In this document: in pieces, positions 17,741 through 24,310 of the stretch
Position numbering within the stretch: position 1 is the first letter of the stretch
How the letters are laid out: each line of letters opens with the position of its first letter
IMG/VR virus record: IMGVR_UViG_3300042319_000905
Span: 1 to 24,310 of that record
Source of the DNA: a virus
Taxonomy: Duplodnaviria; Caudoviricetes
Length of the DNA stretch: 24,310 nucleotides
Strand: one strand, 5' to 3'
Notes under the pieces: generated by a model
The model's database searches: none
What the model was told of the DNA's origin: nothing
Seen by the model: the letters and a program-made list of their open reading frames with translations, nothing else
Translations under genes and position numbers: made by a program

Positions 17741-18181
17741 TTATGCTACAGTAACGTTCCAAGTAATAACCACAGTATCACCAGCAGCCTTGGTTACAAC
17801 ACCAAATACTGTTCTGCACAATAAGTTACCAGAAGAAGAAGCATTTAAAATACCAGCTTCAGTCAAAGCACCAGTACCTGTACCTGCTGGGAAAGTAGCT
17901 ACGTAAGTAATAGTGTTAGTTGATCTTGAGGTAGAGTCGAGAGCAACTCTACCAATCTCAGTACCTAGTGCAGTTTGAGAAGTTGTAGCGGCTGTATTAG
18001 AAGTACCTACAGCCATATGACTCATAATTGCTGTAGTGTTGCCTACCATTCTTGATGCAATGGTATCTTTGCCAACTGCGACAACTAAGTTATTAACTTT
18101 TCTATAGTCTTTTTGTTTACCGGTCTCGTCTAAAAGAATAACTTCTAAGTTACCTTTGACATTTATGGATTCTGTGAACAT
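17741..18181 (-). CDS. Structural protein, possibly DUF3751-like fibre baseplate-attachment fold (146 aa)
   Basis: NLVVAVGKDTIASRM...SHMAVGTS...TALGTEIGRV...LTEAGILNA...LLCRTVF...ITWNVTV pattern. Has its own late promoter and SD GAGGA. Confidence 0.6.
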   Translation of the reverse strand: MFTESINVKGNLEVILLDETGKQKDYRKVNNLVVAVGKDTIASRMVGNTTAIMSHMAVGTSNTAATTSQTALGTEIGRVALDSTSRSTNTITYVATFPAGTGTGALTEAGILNASSSGNLLCRTVFGVVTKAAGDTVVITWNVTVA

Positions 18182-18208
18182 GTTTTATTCCTCTAAGAAG
18201 TTCTATGT

Positions 18209-18218
18209 TATATTTATA
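18209..18218 (-). promoter_or_regulatory. T4-type late promoter TATAAATA(TA)
   Basis: Exact consensus at 18211-18218, intergenic, upstream of SD GAGGA and ATG 18181. Confidence 0.85.
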
Positions 18219-18234
18219 CAAGCTGTCTAGTATC

Positions 18235-19959
18235 TTAACTAAACGAAATCGCCGTAGTTTCTGTTGTTGCTGAGTTTTCGGTATATGATTCTAAGAAATA
18301 CCCTAAAGCACCTAATGCATCGGTGTAGTCTTGTGTACCGCCACCTAGATTAATATCACTCGCTACGACACCATCTGAATCTAACCTGCTAAGAAGAAAG
18401 CTAGTATTGTCTTCCGGTAAAGCGTCGTCCGTCAAAGTTTTAATAACACTAATTGTAATTACATCTGAAATAGTAGTTTCATCAGTTAGTGGTTTTGTTA
18501 ACAAATAAGTATTATTTTCTGAGGCAATAACTTTTTCATTATCAGCATCTACGGTCTTTAACAGTAATTTATTAACAGTCTCCAAGGTAGAGAATGTATC
18601 AAAAAGATCTGCGTAAACATTTTGCCTGCTTACTACACTAATGTTAGCTGATAAATTAGCGGTTGCAGATAATACCCTATTAACAAACAAATTAGTACCA
18701 GCTTGGTGAACTAATTTTTTAACAATATTATAGAATGTACTAATATCTAATTCAGAAGAGATTTGATATGCAAAAGGTTGGTACAGCTTACTATCTTGAA
18801 CCCGTACGTCCGGTTCAGATACGAAGCCTTGTGTTGATACATATTCTCCAGGATACCTTGCTACGGCACCTAATGTAAAGTTAAAGCTAGCATCATTAGG
18901 GTTCTCAACCCCTGCTGTAGTAACAGACGTTAGTAGTTGTGAAGTTGAAGTACTTGAAACTAAAGTAGTACCTGTATAGTCAAGCGGGGTAACATAGTCT
19001 TCTGAGAAATATCTATCACTATCGGTTATAGAATGTAATCTTGTCGCGTTAAAGGCTTCAGAGAAACCACCGCCTCTGGTTTGAAAATATTTAACTCTTT
19101 TAGTAACACCTAAAGCGTTAGATAATATAATACTGAGATCTTCGGTAAAATTATAACCATAATTTAAAAATTTTAATATTTGAATAGAACCAGTTGAACT
19201 AACTCTTGCAATTCTAACTAATGTATCTACACCGCTACCAACCGTTACGTTAAAGATTTGACCGACTCTAAAGCCAGAGCCACCGGAAACAATTTCTACA
19301 TTCGTTGTAGTTGGTTTAATAGTACCAATAAACAAAGTTCCAGATGTACCAGTTACAGTAACTTCTTCATTAACTTCAAACGGTACTGGGAAAGCACTTT
19401 GATAGAATATCTCGTATAAATTACCACTAAGACTTTTAACTCTAACAATTTCAGCAGTATAATTAATATTGTTTTTAGTAAATGTTAAAAACCTATCTTT
19501 TATATCTGCCGCACTTCCAAAGGTAAGAAGAACCCGAATAGAATTTCTAAGACTCCATTGACCATCAGATGGTCTTAATACAAATTCATAAGGGTGGTTA
19601 GTTTGAGCAACCGTATCATATAAAACTTTAAACAGTGTCTCTATAGATAAGGTACTACCTTTTGCAGCATACAGCCCTTTAATTTTTTTAATTAAAAGTG
19701 GCTTATCAACCAACAGGCTTACGGGTAGGTCTTTAGCATAGTTGGTTAAAAAGTAATTAACAAACGAGTCTGTAGTTTGATCGATGTCACTGTATTGTTT
19801 TGCATTTTGAACAAGCTCTAAGGCACCCTGATCTTGCTCAAGAAACTTATAATAGTATTCTAAAAACGCAACAAAGGTTGTATAGTCAGACCTGATAAAC
19901 TCAGGTAGCTGACTGTTTACTAGCTCTGATACTTTTTCACTAATTCTAGTAGTTGCCAT
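18235..19959 (-). CDS. Baseplate wedge protein, gp7-like (574 aa)
   Basis: SQLPEFIRSDYTTFVAFLEYYYKFLE, LYAAKGSTLSIETLFKVLY and QDSKLYQPFAYQI...VKKLVHQAG motifs of cyanophage-type gp7 wedge proteins. Lies between gp6 and gp8. Confidence 0.75.
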   Translation of the reverse strand: MATTRISEKVSELVNSQLPEFIRSDYTTFVAFLEYYYKFLEQDQGALELVQNAKQYSDIDQTTDSFVNYFLTNYAKDLPVSLLVDKPLLIKKIKGLYAAKGSTLSIETLFKVLYDTVAQTNHPYEFVLRPSDGQWSLRNSIRVLLTFGSAADIKDRFLTFTKNNINYTAEIVRVKSLSGNLYEIFYQSAFPVPFEVNEEVTVTGTSGTLFIGTIKPTTTNVEIVSGGSGFRVGQIFNVTVGSGVDTLVRIARVSSTGSIQILKFLNYGYNFTEDLSIILSNALGVTKRVKYFQTRGGGFSEAFNATRLHSITDSDRYFSEDYVTPLDYTGTTLVSSTSTSQLLTSVTTAGVENPNDASFNFTLGAVARYPGEYVSTQGFVSEPDVRVQDSKLYQPFAYQISSELDISTFYNIVKKLVHQAGTNLFVNRVLSATANLSANISVVSRQNVYADLFDTFSTLETVNKLLLKTVDADNEKVIASENNTYLLTKPLTDETTISDVITISVIKTLTDDALPEDNTSFLLSRLDSDGVVASDINLGGGTQDYTDALGALGYFLESYTENSATTETTAISFS

Positions 19960-19960
19960 A

Positions 19961-21808
19961 TTATACCGATGTTGTCACATTGATTGTGGTACCAGCTAGC
20001 AAACCACCGATCTTATTAATGGTAGTATCATCTTGTACTAATATTTCGCTTCTTGAAACAGTTAAATTGTAACTAGCTTCTTGAACGGTACCGGTAATTC
20101 TAATATCCGTAACCCCTGCAGGAATACCAGTAGGAGTAATACCTGATATACTAATTACACCAGTTCCGTAATCGACTGTACCAACGTTAGTTGCAACTAT
20201 TGAACTGTTAACCACATTAACTAATCTTAGTACCCCTGAACCAGAATCATTCGGAGGAGTGTCATTAGGTAAGTCTGTTATTTTAACAAGTGTAGAAACT
20301 CCACCTACAGATGTAAAGAAATAACTAGAAAGAATAGTACCAGGTTTTAAAGGATTTCTATACTTAATAGATGTATCCCCAGTAAATAAATTTGTTGTAT
20401 TTAATGTAGGTATAATTCGTCTTTGTAATTTAAGGCTGACTAACGCGCTAGTTATAGAAGAGTTCTTAGCTAAAATTGCACTTGTTAATGCAGAGTAAAT
20501 AAACTCTTTATTAAATTTTTGAAGGTTAGAAGAAAAGTAATCTGTTATTGCAGTATTAACTTGTGTCTTAATTTGATCAGATGATAATGTGGTAATAGAA
20601 GAATTATAAACAATATCAGCAGTTAGGTTAACAAAGAAAAAGGTAGGGTCTACAAATTCAGGAATTATAGTAATACCCTGTTTAGATTTTAAAATGTTGT
20701 TTTTAATAGAATTCTTTGTAGCATCAGATATAGTAAAACCAGAGTACGGCTTCAAAGATATTAATACTTTACCGTAGTAAGGAGGATCGTTATCTTCCCC
20801 ACCCCATACAGATACCGATTCTGCACCTGCGTAATTTGCAAGTATTAAAGCTTCGTAATCGGTTGCAGTTACCGCTCTATTCTTAGATGCATTTACCCGG
20901 GGTGCATTAAACTTAATAGAGGTGATACTTTCCGTGTTTGCGCCGCCTGTGGAGTTACTATTAACAGTAATAGCAATTGCACTTGAACCGCCAATGGTTG
21001 TACCAGCAGTAAAGGATTGAGATACAGTACTGGACACGTTAACAGCTGAACCTGTTGCAACCAAGTATTGAATAGTAATAATGTTACCTGCTGCCAGACT
21101 CTTACCAATTATACCATCACCAAAATAAATTTGATATTTACCTTGAGGGTTTTGTTCAAGGTAATATACAGTAGATGTACTTCCTATACCGGTAATATCT
21201 GTCGATAACGTATAGGTGCTTGTAGTTGTGTCTGAAGAAGATGTTTGAACACTGACTTTAATGGTGGTAGTGTCTACTGCTTCGTTTGGAATTTCATACT
21301 TTGCAGCCGGCGTTATATCGGATACAACATAACTATAACTCAACAACGTACCTTCTGTAACATCTACATCTGCAAACGTATACGTGGAACCTACTCTTTG
21401 AGCAGTTTTAGCGTCTGTAGTTAGAAACGTATATGGTACCCCATCAACAGTAGAGGTGAAAGGTGTGTACCGTTCCATTGTCAAGGATGCAGGCAGGTTA
21501 GATGGATTGGTAACTACAATATCTAAATTAGCAACTGCACCTCTGGCCGACACCGGTGTATACCCTAGATGCTTGGCAATAGAAACTGCAGAAGATCTCT
21601 TAACTGCAGAATCCAAAAACATCTCATTTACTACCATGTTAGCAAGGTAGGCATTGTAGTGGGTATTATAGGCAAGAACATCTAACAGAGTAGATAGACC
21701 GGAGCCCTCAAAATCGTAATCTGTAAACTCAGTTTGAGCGTTTAAGAACGTTTTTAAGTTAGTCTTGATTTGATCAAAGTCAAGTTCTGCTATTCTTAGA
21801 TTAGACAT
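19961..21808 (-). CDS. gp6: Baseplate wedge subunit gp6 (615 aa)
   Basis: LDFDQIKTNLKTFL...FTDYDFEGSGLSTLLDVLAYNTHYNAY, RAVTATDYE and VWGGEDNDPPYYGKVLISLKP motifs. Confidence 0.93.
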   Translation of the reverse strand: MSNLRIAELDFDQIKTNLKTFLNAQTEFTDYDFEGSGLSTLLDVLAYNTHYNAYLANMVVNEMFLDSAVKRSSAVSIAKHLGYTPVSARGAVANLDIVVTNPSNLPASLTMERYTPFTSTVDGVPYTFLTTDAKTAQRVGSTYTFADVDVTEGTLLSYSYVVSDITPAAKYEIPNEAVDTTTIKVSVQTSSSDTTTSTYTLSTDITGIGSTSTVYYLEQNPQGKYQIYFGDGIIGKSLAAGNIITIQYLVATGSAVNVSSTVSQSFTAGTTIGGSSAIAITVNSNSTGGANTESITSIKFNAPRVNASKNRAVTATDYEALILANYAGAESVSVWGGEDNDPPYYGKVLISLKPYSGFTISDATKNSIKNNILKSKQGITIIPEFVDPTFFFVNLTADIVYNSSITTLSSDQIKTQVNTAITDYFSSNLQKFNKEFIYSALTSAILAKNSSITSALVSLKLQRRIIPTLNTTNLFTGDTSIKYRNPLKPGTILSSYFFTSVGGVSTLVKITDLPNDTPPNDSGSGVLRLVNVVNSSIVATNVGTVDYGTGVISISGITPTGIPAGVTDIRITGTVQEASYNLTVSRSEILVQDDTTINKIGGLLAGTTINVTTSV

Positions 21809-22203
21809 TATCTTACTCTTGTTATTAGTGTTGTTAAAGTGATGGGTCTATCAGAGTTGTTTAATCTAAAAATAATATCACATACAAGTTCATTAGTATC
21901 TGCTTTTTCACGAAGTACAACTTCTAACACCGTAGCTCTTGGCTCAAACTTATTAATAGTATCAAAAATAGTCTTTTTCATAACCTGTGCAGTCACAGGA
22001 TTAAAGTTCTCAAATAAAAGACCGTGAATCTGACAACCAATTTCTGGATGAAAGGGACGCTCGTAGTGTCTCGTAGATATTAGATTTCTAAGAGATTGCT
22101 TAACAGCTTCTTCATCGTTCTTTCTCGTCACATCACCAGTTACAGGATGAGAAGAAAAAAGAAGATTAAAATCTGAATATTGTCTGGTATTTCGTGTAGC
22201 CAT
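21808..22203 (-). CDS. gp25: Baseplate wedge subunit gp25 (131 aa)
   Basis: YSDFNLLF..HPVTGDV...AVKQSLRNLIST...ERPFHPEIG...INKFEPR motifs. Start reassigned to ATG 22203 because the track start overlaps the PAAR gene. Confidence 0.92.
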   Translation of the reverse strand: MATRNTRQYSDFNLLFSSHPVTGDVTRKNDEEAVKQSLRNLISTRHYERPFHPEIGCQIHGLLFENFNPVTAQVMKKTIFDTINKFEPRATVLEVVLREKADTNELVCDIIFRLNNSDRPITLTTLITRVR

Positions 22204-22206
22204 GTT

Positions 22207-22216
22207 TATATTTATA
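22207..22216 (-). promoter_or_regulatory. T4-type late promoter TATAAATA(TA) directly upstream of gp25
   Basis: Exact consensus at 22209-22216 in the 13-nt gap between the PAAR stop and the gp25 ATG. Confidence 0.8.
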
Positions 22217-22462
22217 TTAGCCAGCGAACACGTCTGAGCTTCCCTCACGGATACTATCGTTTCTGGTGTCTCTATCGCCTATTCTACAAACCCCCCTACC
22301 ATTAGCAAAGACCGTAGAGCTTCCTCCTACCATTGTATCATTTCTTGTATCTCTATCTCCAATACGAACTACACCAAGCCCGTTTGCAAAAACGGTAGAA
22401 CTACCATTATTCTTAGTGTCATTTCTGGTGTCTTTATCACCAATTCTTGCAACCCCGGCCAT
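22217..22462 (-). CDS. PAAR-repeat spike tip protein (gp5.4-like), 81 aa
   Basis: Three GV.RIGD.DTRND....GSS.VFA(N/G) repeats. Located directly after gp5 (TAATG coupling) and before gp25, as for T4 gp5.4. Confidence 0.85.
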   Translation of the reverse strand: MAGVARIGDKDTRNDTKNNGSSTVFANGLGVVRIGDRDTRNDTMVGGSSTVFANGRGVCRIGDRDTRNDSIREGSSDVFAG

Positions 22463-24310
22463 TATGCTAACTGTGTTAGACCCTGGGAATGAGTCTTATG
22501 ATTAAAGAATGTTAATACCTGACTTCTGTTCTTAACAGAATAGGAGACATGAATCCAAGGGTTTTTTGCATAGCTACAGTACTCTAATATCATTTGATCG
22601 TATTTAAGAACTTTTGCAAGCTTGGTGGCTATTTCAAAATATTCTTTCTTTGTAATACCTTTGAATTGAATATCGACGCCTTGGCCAAGAGGATGCTGGG
22701 AGGTCTTAGCATTAGAGGCATTTCCTGGATCTCTAAATGCCGAGGTTACAAACATATTTGGGTATATCTTCTTTACTGGTTCAAGCACGTTGAGTGCTAT
22801 AGCCTGTAGATTAAAAACTATCTCACCGTAAGTAGCTTTTTCATGACCTCGGATAGGATCTCGGGTAACTGCTGCCTTACTTGATAACATCTCAACTGTA
22901 AAATTAGGCGATAGATTATAATTGCCTGGTAGTTGAGTTACTGTTTTTAACTTAACATCTGGTTCTACAAAGTTTTGCTGTTCTGATTGAACCGTTGCAC
23001 TATCTACAGCAGTCGGCGGTTCTGATAAATCAGCAGCATTAGCAAACCCTTCACTTATAATTAAATTCTTTTGACTATTAGAATCTTCAAGAGATTGAGT
23101 TTCTTCTTCTAATGCAATAGAACGACTATCAGCTAAAGAAAGAACCAGAGGATCATTTTTATCATTATCAGAAATATCTTTTCTTCCAGCTATAACCCCA
23201 ATATTAGATGACCCGGCAATAATGCTTTCTTGAGATTCAGAAGCAGCGCCTGCATTACCTGATTGTAAGTGGGTTTGACTACCGTCGAGATTAACGTTAT
23301 TACTAGCTAACAAATTAATTGCTGCACCTGAATCAATATTAGTATTATCTCCAGCTTTAATATTAATAGCTCCGGCTGCTTGCGTATATACAGTATCTGA
23401 AACAAAGTCATAAAGATTTGTTGCTTGAACTTTAATGTCAGCATTACTACGCATATGCATATTTTCTTTTGAATGCATATTAAAGGTAGTTGCTTTTTGA
23501 TTCATAGTATAATAGGCTTCAATATTAACATTGCCACTTGCGATATTAAACTCTTCTACAGCTGAAAGATTAAATGTTCCCCCAGCCTGTGCAGTAATAT
23601 CATTGTGACAGGTTATATTTGTATCGCCCTCTACTTCGATGTTTGCGTCATTACCAACAAAGATATTACAAGCACCGTTAACAGAAATGTCTGCACGACC
23701 TGCGATAGATATTTTTCCATTACGGTCAATAATTTCATATGATGATCCCTTTGTTCTTTTAACCATTGAGCCATTAGCATCAATTTCAATATACGTACCT
23801 GATCGGTGATAAATGTGAAGACGTTCTGAACCCGGTGTATCATCAACTTCAATAATATGGCCAGATTCAGTTTGTGTTACTTTATTGTAGGGGTAAGCAC
23901 CACGAAAGGCTGATTCAGGTTCATCCCAGGCCTCACCACCAGGTAACTTAGCACCCTTCATTCTGTTACTATTTTTTTCTTGGACAATCGTACCTCTACT
24001 ATCACCCTGTGCAAGTTTATTTGTTTCAGAAATACCAGCATACTCTTTTGTAGGATAGTTAGCATTAGGATCAGTAAACCCTTTATCCAACACTTCTAAC
24101 TTTTCTTTATTTTCAGTTGAATTAATATCGAATCGTTTGGCTTCTTCTAAGGCAGATGTGGCTGCACTAGAAACAAAAAGCTCATCTGTCTTTAATAAAG
24201 CTTCTTCTGGGGGTAAAGTACTGTATAGTGTCTCAATATTATTACTGGTAGTTTTAGGTTTTTGACCTCTACCAAATATAGAATCTGCAAACCCGCTGAC
24301 TGCAGTAGTA
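22462..24310 (-). CDS. gp5: Baseplate hub/central spike gp5-like protein with C-terminal M15 metallopeptidase; 5' end outside window
   Basis: YPYNKVTQTESGHIIEVDDTPGSERLHIYHRSGTYIEI gp5 motif followed by beta-helix repeats, then VTSAFRDP...SQHPLGQGVDI...WIHVSY. Checked by hand that the frame has no stop from 24093 to the window end, so the GTG start in the track is internal. Confidence 0.85.
   Translation of the reverse strand, partial: TTAVSGFADSIFGRGQKPKTTSNNIETLYSTLPPEEALLKTDELFVSSAATSALEEAKRFDINSTENKEKLEVLDKGFTDPNANYPTKEYAGISETNKLAQGDSRGTIVQEKNSNRMKGAKLPGGEAWDEPESAFRGAYPYNKVTQTESGHIIEVDDTPGSERLHIYHRSGTYIEIDANGSMVKRTKGSSYEIIDRNGKISIAGRADISVNGACNIFVGNDANIEVEGDTNITCHNDITAQAGGTFNLSAVEEFNIASGNVNIEAYYTMNQKATTFNMHSKENMHMRSNADIKVQATNLYDFVSDTVYTQAAGAINIKAGDNTNIDSGAAINLLASNNVNLDGSQTHLQSGNAGAASESQESIIAGSSNIGVIAGRKDISDNDKNDPLVLSLADSRSIALEEETQSLEDSNSQKNLIISEGFANAADLSEPPTAVDSATVQSEQQNFVEPDVKLKTVTQLPGNYNLSPNFTVEMLSSKAAVTRDPIRGHEKATYGEIVFNLQAIALNVLEPVKKIYPNMFVTSAFRDPGNASNAKTSQHPLGQGVDIQFKGITKKEYFEIATKLAKVLKYDQMILEYCSYAKNPWIHVSYSVKNRSQVLTFFNHKTHSQGLTQLA

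Noticed and set aside
22204-22248. Track start for gp25 at 22248 (likewise 5437 for the 111-aa gene and 24093 for gp5)
   Set aside because: 22248 overlaps the PAAR gene and spans the promoter; 5437 includes the SD; the gp5 frame stays open to the window edge.
22217-22462. CRISPR-like array suggested by 81-nt periodic repeats
   Set aside because: The repeats are in-frame coding repeats with synonymous variation and no unique spacers.
1814-22809. All plus-strand ORFs and short nested minus-strand ORFs in the track
   Set aside because: They lie inside long minus-strand structural genes and have no recognisable motifs. They are the expected shadows of biased codon usage.
1-24310. Stop-codon reassignment (16 of 17 visible stops are TAA, one TGA, no TAG)
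   Set aside because: Genes are full length in the standard code with no in-frame stops. TAA bias is normal for AT-rich phages.
19961-24310. Bacterial T6SS/eCIS/tailocin locus (VgrG-PAAR-gp25)
   Set aside because: T4-specific gp6/gp8/VrlC synteny and gp55-type late promoters indicate a T4-like phage.
1-24310. tRNA, ncRNA, intron, intein or homing endonuclease
   Set aside because: Intergenic gaps are all under about 75 nt, and I recognised no Hint, LAGLIDADG, HNH or GIY-YIG motifs by eye.

Overview
A structural region of a T4-like (Tevenvirinae/cyanomyovirus-type) myophage, with all genes on the minus strand. In transcription order (high to low coordinates): 5'-truncated gp5-like spike ending in an M15 zinc-peptidase domain; gp5.4/PAAR-like tip; baseplate genes gp25, gp6, gp7-like, a 146-aa structural protein and gp8; a DUF4815/VrlC-like virion protein split into two genes; an 80-aa coiled-coil protein; a first fibre/adhesin group (332, 211 and 564 aa, the last Fn3-Ig-Fn3-Gly-rich); a second promoter/terminator-bounded fibre cassette (111, 100, 985, 464 aa); and a 3'-truncated coiled-coil gene. 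Four TATAAATA(TA) late promoters and one clear intrinsic terminator are visible. The most unusual signals are: a 100-aa cupredoxin-like insert with a complete His/Cys/His/Met type-1 copper ligand set in a fibre shaft; a His-free PAAR made of three 27-aa repeats; an evolved-VgrG-like gp5; a possible DGGxY-tail/IQIKR-head fibre chaining system; and a probable leaderless gp25 transcript. All family calls come from motif recognition by eye, not from database searches.
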